IMG/VR virus record: IMGVR_UViG_3300013126_000019
Span: 1 to 64,000 of that record
Direction: 5' to 3' (one strand)
DNA length: 64,000 nucleotides
Source of the DNA: a virus
Both the position numbers and the translations under genes were made by a program. This document shows, in pieces, positions 48,928 through 57,287 of this stretch; the stretch's first letter is position 1, and each line of letters begins with the position of its first letter. Under the pieces are notes generated by a model that worked only from the letters and a program-made list of their open reading frames with translations, was not told where the DNA came from and searched no databases.

Positions 48928-50436
48928 TTAACTAGGTTCTGGACAAATAACTGGTGGTGTCGGTGTAACAATTGTGCATGCCGTAGGATCATTTATAACA
49001 GCTAAATCAGATAGTTGTTTCTTAATCCAAATACTATCTAAGTTTACAGTATTACACTCTGAGTTAATACCATATTTAAGATTCTTAAACAGTCTATAAT
49101 AAGCTTCAGCAAACTTTATGTTTGATGAAATATCACACTGACTTTGTGTAACTTGATAAAAGTGTCTATCCGGTTTAGGTATTACTCTAGTATATTTAGC
49201 TGGTGCAGGAGGTGCAGGAGGTAAGCAGCATGTACAGTCATCAAAAATTAATGGGTAACCTCCTGTGTTATTTGCAATTTCAACGTCTACAAGAGTTTGG
49301 TCATCAAAGGCAATAATGTTAACACTCCAACATAAAGGTGATCCTACAATATTTATAACTCTACTTACACCTGAACTTAAGATTGGACTAGTAGAATATA
49401 TTGGATTTGCTTGACCTGTGCAGTCATATAATGCATATATATCAGAATCTTTAACCAAAGTCCATACTGCCGTAGCAATATTTCCTGATGCATAGTAGTC
49501 ATTACTTACAGTTGCTGTAATTGTTGTACTAGCATTTTCTGCTTTAAATACAGCACCTATTGCATTACCTCCATCATCAATAGCAAAAAAGCCATCTGTT
49601 GGTGTATAAAAGTGGGCTGCCCAAATACTTCTAATATCTGATCCCGGATCTAGCGGTGGGTATACTTCTGACCAAGTTGCACCTGCATCAGAAGAGTATA
49701 GTATTGGTCCATTAGATCCAGACACCCACATTGTATTATCGTCATACCATGTTAGGTGCGTGTACTTTAGTGGTGTACCAGCATAGTCACCGTCTGCAGC
49801 AATAATATCATAAACACTTGTAAATGTTGTGCCACTATCAGTACTTCTAAATATATCATTACTAGTTACAGCAACAATTACGGATTCATCAGCTGAGATG
49901 TGTACACCTGATACATAGTCAGCGCTAATCTCTAATCCTCCGTTCAGGTATGTCCAGTTTGCTCCACCATCAATAGTTTTTGCAATAGCTTTGCTGTGAC
50001 CAATAACACCTATAAGATTATCTTTAAAATGAACTGAGAAAGCAGTATTCCCATATTGTACTCCATCTAGACCATTGATGCACAATGTATATGTAATTCC
50101 GCCATCAGTAGATTTAAGCACAGCCACTTGTTTACCAGAACCTGTCCCGCATATGTATATAGTTTGGGATACAGTTGTTGGTATAGATATCTGAAGGGCT
50201 CTTGTAACCTGAGTAGGGTTTACAGCAATTGATTGTACTGTTGCGCCAGCATCCGTTGTATAACCAATGTAATTGCTGCCACATACAATAGCATAATTAG
50301 GATTACTATGATCTGTTTTTACATCATATAAATCCTGGGTAGTAAAACCAGTATAGTCAGTCCAAACAGTTGTTGTATGATCATAGACCTTAAAAAGACC
50401 GTTCTTACCTGATAAGTATGTTTTACCGATTGCCAT
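48928..50436 (-). CDS. BNR/Asp-box beta-propeller tail protein with Cys-rich C-terminal (hub-like) domain
   Basis: 502 aa; Asp-box repeats YTTDAGAT, KSTDGGITY, KTIDGGANW, RSTDSGTTF, YSSDAGATW. Confidence 0.65.
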   Translation of the reverse strand: MAIGKTYLSGKNGLFKVYDHTTTVWTDYTGFTTQDLYDVKTDHSNPNYAIVCGSNYIGYTTDAGATVQSIAVNPTQVTRALQISIPTTVSQTIYICGTGSGKQVAVLKSTDGGITYTLCINGLDGVQYGNTAFSVHFKDNLIGVIGHSKAIAKTIDGGANWTYLNGGLEISADYVSGVHISADESVIVAVTSNDIFRSTDSGTTFTSVYDIIAADGDYAGTPLKYTHLTWYDDNTMWVSGSNGPILYSSDAGATWSEVYPPLDPGSDIRSIWAAHFYTPTDGFFAIDDGGNAIGAVFKAENASTTITATVSNDYYASGNIATAVWTLVKDSDIYALYDCTGQANPIYSTSPILSSGVSRVINIVGSPLCWSVNIIAFDDQTLVDVEIANNTGGYPLIFDDCTCCLPPAPPAPAKYTRVIPKPDRHFYQVTQSQCDISSNIKFAEAYYRLFKNLKYGINSECNTVNLDSIWIKKQLSDLAVINDPTACTIVTPTPPVICPEPS

Positions 50437-50445
50437 TACTAATTT

Positions 50446-50580
50446 TTATTTTTTAGGTTCAGCTTGTTGCTGTTGTTTTAATGTATTAATGCATTTACTA
50501 CATGCTTGTTTACCATTTGGTGTTACTCTTTTTTGGCAACCACATGTTAGTGTTGCTCCACAGTTTGCACATTTACTCAT
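50446..50580 (-). CDS. small Cys-rich (zinc-finger-like) protein, not in the ORF track
   Basis: my translation: MSKCANCGATLTCGCQKRVTPNGKQACSKCINTLKQQQQAEPKK (44 aa); fills the intergenic gap; preceded by AAACCAACAATT. Confidence 0.75.
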   Translation of the reverse strand: MSKCANCGATLTCGCQKRVTPNGKQACSKCINTLKQQQQAEPKK

Positions 50581-50582
50581 AA

Positions 50583-50592
50583 TTGTTGGTTT
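50583..50592 (-). promoter_or_regulatory. AAACCAACAA translation-initiation-region motif
   Basis: ends 2 nt before the ATG at 50580; same motif upstream of 55534 and 58502. Confidence 0.55.
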
Positions 50593-50602
50593 TTATTACT
50601 AT

Positions 50603-51157
50603 TTAACATGATTCACATCCACAGCCACATGCTAATTTTGTAAGCTTAGCTGTAACGTAGTTATATATATCCATGCCGTGTTGTGGTGTGTGACAATATT
50701 CTACTTTAGCTTTAGCAGCTTGAAGCATTGTTGATAATAGTTGTAACTCTTTAAGCTTATCTTTCATAGGAGGAAGAGGCTCACAGTTAGGCACATCTAA
50801 ACAACAAAGGATATTATTAATTTTATTTAGCGCTTGAGTAATACGTAAATGGTTATATTCTACGTATACAGTATCATTAGGGGCAACACTATACCTAACT
50901 ACATATATTCCATCAGGTAATGCATTTCGAGTAGTACTACAGTTAGTTAACTGTAAATCTAAATCGCATGCAGTATAATTAGCAGAAAAATCTGTACCTG
51001 GTTGTAACTCTACAGAAGTAGTAAAACCGGGAGCCGTTATCTGTAATTTTGGACAGTCCAAAGGTACTGCATCATTGTAAGTACTAGTATCAATAATTCT
51101 AAAGATACATGTTGTAAGTACATCTGGAATTTCTATTGAAAGTGCGTGTTGTGCCAT
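50603..51157 (-). CDS. tail hub-like structural protein
   Basis: 184 aa; IDTSTY...LQITAPGF...LPDGIYVVRYSVAPN and C-terminal helices ending CGCGCESC; follows the auxiliary capsid gene as in crAss-like phages. Confidence 0.55.
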   Translation of the reverse strand: MAQHALSIEIPDVLTTCIFRIIDTSTYNDAVPLDCPKLQITAPGFTTSVELQPGTDFSANYTACDLDLQLTNCSTTRNALPDGIYVVRYSVAPNDTVYVEYNHLRITQALNKINNILCCLDVPNCEPLPPMKDKLKELQLLSTMLQAAKAKVEYCHTPQHGMDIYNYVTAKLTKLACGCGCESC

Positions 51158-51173
51158 ATATAATACTAAGTTA

Positions 51174-51181
51174 CAAAGATA
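51174..51181 (-). promoter_or_regulatory. Bacteroidota-type -7 promoter box TAnnTTTG (TATCTTTG)
   Basis: exact TAnnTTTG between a terminator and the ATG at 51157. Confidence 0.5.
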
Positions 51182-51193
51182 TAGTGTAAAAAT

Positions 51194-51230
51194 AAAAAAG
51201 GGAAGGAGTTTTTTTGCTCCCTCCCTTTTT
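51194..51230 (-). terminator. intrinsic terminator (possibly bidirectional)
   Basis: plus strand AAAAAAGGGAAGGAG-TTTTTTTG-CTCCCTCCCTTTTT directly after the auxiliary capsid gene. Confidence 0.8.
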
Positions 51231-51247
51231 ATAAGTTTTAGTTAAGG

Positions 51248-52726
51248 TTAACCTACTGAAACAATAGGATCCACTTGAACACATACTCTTGGACAAGTGT
51301 AAGCTTTGAAGATATCACAACTTTGGCAGTCATTAACCCAGGTTGTAACTGTAGTTTCAAAATTAGCAAGTGACTCCTCAATGAAGAATAAAGATTGACC
51401 ATCTGTTACAGATACGGTACCGGTCATTGTTACTTCTTTGTCTATTGCATTTACGCTTAACACAGTTGCTGTGCTATATGCACCACCTGCAACAGATACA
51501 ACCATACCTGCAACAATTCCACTAACATCAGCTACAGTGATAACAGCAGCAACATTAGCTCCTACAGCTACAGTGTTAACAGTAGCAAGACCTACAATCT
51601 CTAACAAGTACTGATCATTATCAAATGTTCCAGTTGGGTTATTAAAGCGTGGCACACTGTGTTGCAAGTAATAACGTGTATAGCTAGAAAAACGGTCAAT
51701 TGCATCATATACATCTGTACCGTTAGTAATCTCACGGATACGTAGGTCTTGACCAGTATAGAATGGTTGTTGCATGTAACCTTCAGTTAAAATAAGATCA
51801 CGGATAACATTCTCACCAGTACCTTTTAATTGTACAGGTTCACAAACATCATTACTACAAAGACCTTGGAAAGCACATGGATCACCATTAAGATCTACTT
51901 CAGAAGCATAAAGCTTCACAGGCTCTAAGAAAGCAATAACAGAATCATTTGGATAGAATGTACAGTTTTGGAAACGAGTGTCTGCATAAGCACCTGTAAT
52001 GATCAAACCAGCAAGAGTATTTTCATCTCCAGGGAATGTAGCACCTTCCAAAGTATAAGGTAAAAGATTGGCTACACTAGTTGTAGGATCAGAAATACTA
52101 TTTGGAGCAAAAGCTAACCAGTTAGCACCGCCATCAGTTGAGTAGGTAATAGCAATTTGGATAAATGGGTTAATCAAAGGACTGTTTAAGAAGTCATAAG
52201 CCCATTTAGAATAAACAATTAAAGGGTTAACTGCTACTGGAGCAATAGCATCTTCTGCACAACATCCAGTATACGCACCAGAAGTGTAGTAAGAGTTACG
52301 AGTTAAGTAACGCAATGCTGGTGATCCTTTAATGTCTAAACGCAAAGAATAAGTTTCTCCGCACAAAAATTGCTTTACACAAGCACCGGCATGGTTATCT
52401 ACTGTTGCACCCACTACAATTTGAGCTTGTTGTGCTGGGCATGGATCTACGCGATAAAATGCAGATACATACTTAGGATTAATAGTTTTAGATTTTACAG
52501 ATTCACTGTATCCACCGTGATAAGGACCAATTTTGTCATTAGAGTGAATAGAACCTGATACTAACACTACAGGGCAGCAGTTGGCAGGTTCACCAACTTG
52601 AGTCCAAGTTTTTGGATCATAAAATGAGAATTGACCAAGAGCAAGTCCTGTAGTCGCTGCGCCATTAGTTACAAAACCTTGAGTTCCCACAAAGGTTTTT
52701 TGAAAGGCATGATTGAAATAAGCCAT
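51248..52726 (-). CDS. auxiliary/minor capsid protein (crAss-like)
   Basis: 492 aa; MAYFNHAF start, beta-rich with Cys pairs, C-terminal YYLQHSVPRFNNPTGTFDNDQYLLEI; followed by a terminator and sharing an upstream motif with the MCP gene; synteny. Confidence 0.55.
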   Translation of the reverse strand: MAYFNHAFQKTFVGTQGFVTNGAATTGLALGQFSFYDPKTWTQVGEPANCCPVVLVSGSIHSNDKIGPYHGGYSESVKSKTINPKYVSAFYRVDPCPAQQAQIVVGATVDNHAGACVKQFLCGETYSLRLDIKGSPALRYLTRNSYYTSGAYTGCCAEDAIAPVAVNPLIVYSKWAYDFLNSPLINPFIQIAITYSTDGGANWLAFAPNSISDPTTSVANLLPYTLEGATFPGDENTLAGLIITGAYADTRFQNCTFYPNDSVIAFLEPVKLYASEVDLNGDPCAFQGLCSNDVCEPVQLKGTGENVIRDLILTEGYMQQPFYTGQDLRIREITNGTDVYDAIDRFSSYTRYYLQHSVPRFNNPTGTFDNDQYLLEIVGLATVNTVAVGANVAAVITVADVSGIVAGMVVSVAGGAYSTATVLSVNAIDKEVTMTGTVSVTDGQSLFFIEESLANFETTVTTWVNDCQSCDIFKAYTCPRVCVQVDPIVSVG

Positions 52727-52790
52727 TGTTTTTGTTTTTAAGGGTTATAAATATATATTTAATATAAGAAAAGTATTTCTACTTTCCAAA

Positions 52791-53252
52791 TTATTTTAAG
52801 AAAAGTAACTTATACTTAGCTGAATTAAGAGTAGACTTAACAGTATCTAACTCATTTACAATCTCAGAGTAAGGCATTTTATCCTGTAAACTTGATACCA
52901 TTTCTACCAACATTTTTAAATACTTAATACCTTCATCTACAGTATTTAAGGTTTTAGGTGCCTCGTCATTATACTTTAATAATGTTTCAGCAGCTCCTTG
53001 AAAACCTTCTGCAAGGTCATCTGCGTGTCCAGGTAGGGCATCATAAAGATCATTTAAAGCTTTATGCGCAGCATATGAACCCACACCTGTTACCTTAAGG
53101 TGTAATTTATGAAAAGTTGTTGCAGCATTCATTAATTCTGATACACATGCTGCAGTAATTTCTTCAATAGATCCACCAACATAACCTTTTGCAGATGATG
53201 ATGTGGTATTTGTTTTCAGTGTTCTTTTTAGAACATTATTTATTTCAGCCAT
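52791..53252 (-). CDS. Dps/ferritin-like four-helix protein
   Basis: 153 aa; HKLHL...SYAAHKALNDLYD...DDLAEGFQG...YKLLFL resembles the ferroxidase-type H/D/E pattern of phage Dps-like proteins. Confidence 0.75.
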   Translation of the reverse strand: MAEINNVLKRTLKTNTTSSSAKGYVGGSIEEITAACVSELMNAATTFHKLHLKVTGVGSYAAHKALNDLYDALPGHADDLAEGFQGAAETLLKYNDEAPKTLNTVDEGIKYLKMLVEMVSSLQDKMPYSEIVNELDTVKSTLNSAKYKLLFLK

Positions 53253-53264
53253 TATTTTTAGTTA

Positions 53265-53969
53265 TTACGAGTTTTGTTCACTGGACGCTTGTGAAATTTG
53301 GTATTCAGTAATAGATTCAATATCACCTGCAAGTATTTGTACGGCATTATCAATGATTGTTTCTGTTACATCTTCTTTAAATTCACACTCTACATTTGTT
53401 GTAGATACAGCACCTGTATAAGGGTTTACACAACCTTGTATTTCAATTTTAATAGGCTCTCTATAGTACATAAGCTTAGCACTAGTAACTGTAAAGTCAT
53501 CATTTGTGTAGATCTTTACTTTATTACTTGCCAATGTACAAAAGGTTTCTGCCCAATCAAAACTAGGCTTTTTGTTTTCATCACGCAGCAAAATTGCTGC
53601 ATTAGCTTCTTCAGCTAAATAAACAACAAATCTTCTAGGATCTGGACAACAGTCACTAGATCCATAAGCATCAACTCGCTTAAACTCCATATAGTCCTCA
53701 GGTAATGTTTCTGAAATAACATAACCTGGCATATTAGAGTAAGCCATATCCGCTACATTAAGTAAGGGTTGTAAATCATCAATTTTACGCTTAGACTGCT
53801 CATCACCTTGGTTAAGTATATTTATACCTGCAAGCTGACGCCTAACCCATTGAACCTGAGCCTTATTAAAAGCTTCAACAATTTGCCAGCATTCTATGTT
53901 GTCATAGTCATTACTTGCAAGCTTGTTAAGCCTTTGCATTATTTTTAATCTAAGTGTAGAATTATTCAT
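53265..53969 (-). CDS. neck ring / head-tail connector protein
   Basis: 234 aa; RLNKLASNDY...AFNKAQ...LPEDY...YYREP pattern of the crAss-like ring protein encoded downstream of the MCP. Confidence 0.6.
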   Translation of the reverse strand: MNNSTLRLKIMQRLNKLASNDYDNIECWQIVEAFNKAQVQWVRRQLAGINILNQGDEQSKRKIDDLQPLLNVADMAYSNMPGYVISETLPEDYMEFKRVDAYGSSDCCPDPRRFVVYLAEEANAAILLRDENKKPSFDWAETFCTLASNKVKIYTNDDFTVTSAKLMYYREPIKIEIQGCVNPYTGAVSTTNVECEFKEDVTETIIDNAVQILAGDIESITEYQISQASSEQNS

Positions 53970-54163
53970 TATCCTTTAACTTTCTTTAGTTTTGGATTAG
54001 CAGCTTTAGCTTTAGCAGAAGCCTTACGTGTACTAGCAGCTAAGATAGCACCGGCAGCTTGTTTAGACACACCCTGCTTGGAAGCAATTTTTGCTTGTAC
54101 AGCTTTAAATCCAGGATGTGAACCACCCTTTTTCATTTGACCACATGTTTTACAGTTTTTCAT
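53969..54163 (-). CDS. small basic (K/A-rich) protein, possible DNA-binding core protein
   Basis: 64 aa MKNCKTCGQMKKGGSHPGFKAVQAKIA...; TAATG overlap with the next gene. Confidence 0.7.
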   Translation of the reverse strand: MKNCKTCGQMKKGGSHPGFKAVQAKIASKQGVSKQAAGAILAASTRKASAKAKAANPKLKKVKG

Positions 54164-54167
54164 AAAT

Positions 54168-54302
54168 TTACTTTTTGCAGCTAGGGTCTGATTTTTTAGT
54201 TGGATACGCAGAACCCAAAGCTCCTCCTTTTTTAAAGGAAGGCTTTGAGTTAGGATATCCTATTAGGTTTTTCTTTTCAGAATTGCTTATGATTTTACTC
54301 AT
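54168..54302 (-). CDS. small basic protein, not in the ORF track
   Basis: my translation: MSKIISNSEKKNLIGYPNSKPSFKKGGALGSAYPTKKSDPSCKK (44 aa); ATGA overlap with the upstream gene; fills the gap exactly. Confidence 0.7.
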   Translation of the reverse strand: MSKIISNSEKKNLIGYPNSKPSFKKGGALGSAYPTKKSDPSCKK

Positions 54303-54487
54303 TTTGAGCTTTTCTTAGGTGTAGGCACTGGCTTATTAACTCCACCAGAAGACTTACCTTTAGATACTTTTTGAGCTGCAGCATTTGCTTTAGAGTTTAC
54401 TCCTCCTGAAGATTTACCAGAAGATACTTTTGTAGCTACAGCTTTTGCATTGGGGTTAATCATGCCACCGGTTTTCATTTTTTTCAT
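54299..54487 (-). CDS. small basic protein with internal repeat
   Basis: 62 aa; MKKMKTGG..., KVSxGKSSGGVN present twice. Confidence 0.7.
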   Translation of the reverse strand: MKKMKTGGMINPNAKAVATKVSSGKSSGGVNSKANAAAQKVSKGKSSGGVNKPVPTPKKSSK

Positions 54488-54511
54488 AGTTGTGTGTTTA
54501 TATAAAGATAG

Positions 54512-55534
54512 TTATTGATTCCAATACTTTTCTACTCTTGCTTGTAAATCTATTAAAATTTCCTCATTTAGTGGATTTTTTAAATACTCTACAATCTCAG
54601 CTTGGTTTCTACCTAAAAGAGCACCTTTGTCTTTATGATATATAAAGCCATCGGCTCTATTAATCACAATTTTAAAGTATGAAGCATCTTTAACAATAGC
54701 TCTAAGCTTTAACATTTCCATATCTTGGTCACAAGCATCTAAAAACATTTGAGCAGCACGTGCAGCATTTTTCTCAGAACCCTCACCCATAATGAATCTA
54801 TCCATGTTATCATAGATTAAATCATTAGGTGTTGATTTTCTATATTGAGAACCTGACACCTCTACTAACTTAGCCACATAGAATAACTTGTTAGTGTTTT
54901 TATCAAATAATTTTTGTAACTCAGAAAGTGCTTTGTTACGAATTTTCTTGGTTTCAGTTTTAGTAGAAACAGTTTCTTCCATTTTGTCTAAGTAAAACTT
55001 AGGTATTTTATTAAAAGGTCGACTTCTCGCATCTTCTAAACTTTTTGCTACAATACTAAATCCACCAGCATTAATTGCATATAACTTAATTAAGTCATAT
55101 GGATCACGAGTAGGATCTAAATACAAAGGCTCATTTCCGCACTTTAATTCAATCTTACTCCAAAACTCATCATTATCAGGACGTAGTAATTTTACTTTAA
55201 CCCAAAAATCTTTATCTTCTGGATCAATAACATTTGCAGCTAATTCCTTCTCTAACTCACAAATCACATTTCTAATTTCTTTAATCTTAGCTTCTCGATC
55301 TTCAAGATTAGGAATATTTTTAACATCCGGTGCAAACTCATTTAATCCAGTAATATATCTTTTAACACCGTTGTGCTCAAGACATGCTAACTGTTCTTGG
55401 TGATATACTCTATCGTATAATACCATTCCGTATTTTTCTAGACCTAAGTTATTAACTTGTCTGTCAAAATAAGGTTTAATCATAATAGGACTACGCTTAG
55501 TTGTGTAGCCTTGTTCAATAAGTGTAAAGCTCAT
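54512..55534 (-). CDS. conserved crAss-like protein encoded after the MCP
   Basis: 340 aa; position right after the MCP terminator; C-terminal LLGRN...VEYLKNPLNEEIL. Confidence 0.55.
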   Translation of the reverse strand: MSFTLIEQGYTTKRSPIMIKPYFDRQVNNLGLEKYGMVLYDRVYHQEQLACLEHNGVKRYITGLNEFAPDVKNIPNLEDREAKIKEIRNVICELEKELAANVIDPEDKDFWVKVKLLRPDNDEFWSKIELKCGNEPLYLDPTRDPYDLIKLYAINAGGFSIVAKSLEDARSRPFNKIPKFYLDKMEETVSTKTETKKIRNKALSELQKLFDKNTNKLFYVAKLVEVSGSQYRKSTPNDLIYDNMDRFIMGEGSEKNAARAAQMFLDACDQDMEMLKLRAIVKDASYFKIVINRADGFIYHKDKGALLGRNQAEIVEYLKNPLNEEILIDLQARVEKYWNQ

Positions 55535-55536
55535 AA

Positions 55537-55547
55537 TTTGTTGGTTT
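55537..55547 (-). promoter_or_regulatory. AAACCAACAAA translation-initiation-region motif
   Basis: ends 2 nt before the ATG at 55534; an imperfect second copy (AAACCAATAAA) lies just upstream. Confidence 0.55.
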
Positions 55548-55573
55548 TGTTTATTGGTTTTTGTAAAGGTAGT

Positions 55574-55602
55574 AAAAAGGGGGAGGCTTTCAACTCTCCC
55601 CC
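55574..55602 (-). terminator. intrinsic terminator after the major capsid gene
   Basis: minus strand GGGGGAG...CTCCCCC followed by TTTTT, ~20 nt after the MCP stop. Confidence 0.8.
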
Positions 55603-55621
55603 AATTTACAGGTTATTAAAA

Positions 55622-57256
55622 TTAGAATGATCCGCCAGTGATTGGGTTACGCATAACAATCTTCAACACTTTGGTTGGGTCTTTAACCCAGATTGCCGGC
55701 ATGTTTTGAGTCATGTATACGCGATATCCATTAAATTGTCCAGAGCTTTGGAATCCTTGGGTACGACCCATATAGTCCATAGTTCCGTTTTGGTACCACC
55801 ATTTCAATTGATTATCCCAAGATAACTTCAACAAGAAGATGTTGTCATTAGTGTTATCTGTAATATCAAAGATGATGAAGCTATAAGAAGACAATGGGAA
55901 ACCATCAATGATTGGGTTTTCAATGTCATTGGTGTGTAGGTTATCAAACGCTGGGTTTAATACAAATTTCACGTTAGCCAAGAATGGGATAACATAAGAA
56001 GTGTAAGCAAATCCAAAGTTTAAGTCCATACCTTTACCAGTGATTGCTCCAATGTCAGCAGCTTGGATTAACAATCCAGAAGACATTGCTTCACGCTTGA
56101 TTGCTTCATTAACCATGCGCATACCACCCATACCAGTTTGTACAATCAACTGACGCTTAGGATCTGGACCTTGGAAGTCAACCTTACCAGCATAAAAGTT
56201 ATATAACTCAGAGCGGAATAAGTCAAGGCTGAAGCCTGATTTGTTATATACACGCTTAAATGAGTTATCCAACTGCTTCCAAAGACCGACAGACAAGCGG
56301 ATATCATCTGGACCATCTTGACGCACGCGTCCACCTTGTCCCCACATTAAGTAGGTTTCAATGTCATTAGCTACTTTACTCAAGTGAGCTGCTTCCATTG
56401 TAGTCAAGAAAGTACGTGATAATGAACCATTAGACATAGCACGCTTAACATAGTCCTTACCCATACGAGATACCATTGTATCAAGATTAGCAACTGAAGG
56501 ATCTAAGTTTTTGTCAAAGTTACGCCAGATTTCAGTTACTGGAACAGTACCGTCTGCATTCATACCACCCTTAGACATAAGGTCAGCGCGGCTTGATACA
56601 GAATAGTGTACGTGTGCTTCAGCTCCTCCTACAAAGTTGTAGAATTCACGGAAACCTGTAGAAGTAACGATATCAGAAAAACGTTCTCCATACTCACCAC
56701 GTGCAGAACCTTTACGGAAGACTTTAGTTCCTGGTGCTACATAGTCAGCAGTTAAACCATATGATGAATCATTGTTTACTAACTGCACAGTGTAGATAAA
56801 ACCATCTCCTACTGGTACAATGTCTTCTGTTGGGACAATGTACATTTCAGCTCCATTGTATTTGTCATAAGTGATGATATCACCATGTCCAAATTCACGA
56901 CGAGAAATTTTAAGTTTGAAGGTAGTACCGTCAACACCTAGATTTTCTACAGCGCCGGTTTCTACTAAATCAACAATGTAAGGAAGATCTTGAACAACTG
57001 GGGTTTCCCATTTGTACTCTCCGCGAGCATTGTTAACATTAATTACATTTTTTCCACCAAAACTTGACATTTGGTAAAGTGGCATTTCGACCTTTTGTGC
57101 CATAGCCCAAAGATCTACTGGTCCTAAATCCATAGGTTCAGCATTCTTAAGCATGTTCACTAAATGGTACGAATCCACGTGTGAGCTCGCAGCATACTGC
57201 GTGTCACGTAGAAATATCCCATTATTTAAAACAGGAGTCGTGTTGTTTAAAGCCAT
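55622..57256 (-). CDS. major capsid protein (HK97-fold, crAss-like)
   Basis: 544 aa; order terminase-portal-scaffold-MCP; GEYKWE, ETYLMWGQGG, GLWKQL, IWVKDPTK motifs; followed by a terminator; visibly more C/G-ending codons suggest high expression. Confidence 0.85.
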   Translation of the reverse strand: MALNNTTPVLNNGIFLRDTQYAASSHVDSYHLVNMLKNAEPMDLGPVDLWAMAQKVEMPLYQMSSFGGKNVINVNNARGEYKWETPVVQDLPYIVDLVETGAVENLGVDGTTFKLKISRREFGHGDIITYDKYNGAEMYIVPTEDIVPVGDGFIYTVQLVNNDSSYGLTADYVAPGTKVFRKGSARGEYGERFSDIVTSTGFREFYNFVGGAEAHVHYSVSSRADLMSKGGMNADGTVPVTEIWRNFDKNLDPSVANLDTMVSRMGKDYVKRAMSNGSLSRTFLTTMEAAHLSKVANDIETYLMWGQGGRVRQDGPDDIRLSVGLWKQLDNSFKRVYNKSGFSLDLFRSELYNFYAGKVDFQGPDPKRQLIVQTGMGGMRMVNEAIKREAMSSGLLIQAADIGAITGKGMDLNFGFAYTSYVIPFLANVKFVLNPAFDNLHTNDIENPIIDGFPLSSYSFIIFDITDNTNDNIFLLKLSWDNQLKWWYQNGTMDYMGRTQGFQSSGQFNGYRVYMTQNMPAIWVKDPTKVLKIVMRNPITGGSF

Positions 57257-57287
57257 TTTTGTTTATTTATTAAGGGTTAAAAGTTAA

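Noticed and set aside
29941-56334. Short nested minus-strand ORFs (29941-30165, 31839-32039, 32232-32471, 40739-40924, 56146-56334)
   Set aside because: Out-of-frame within well-supported genes, with no leaders, motifs or frameshift signals that I could identify.
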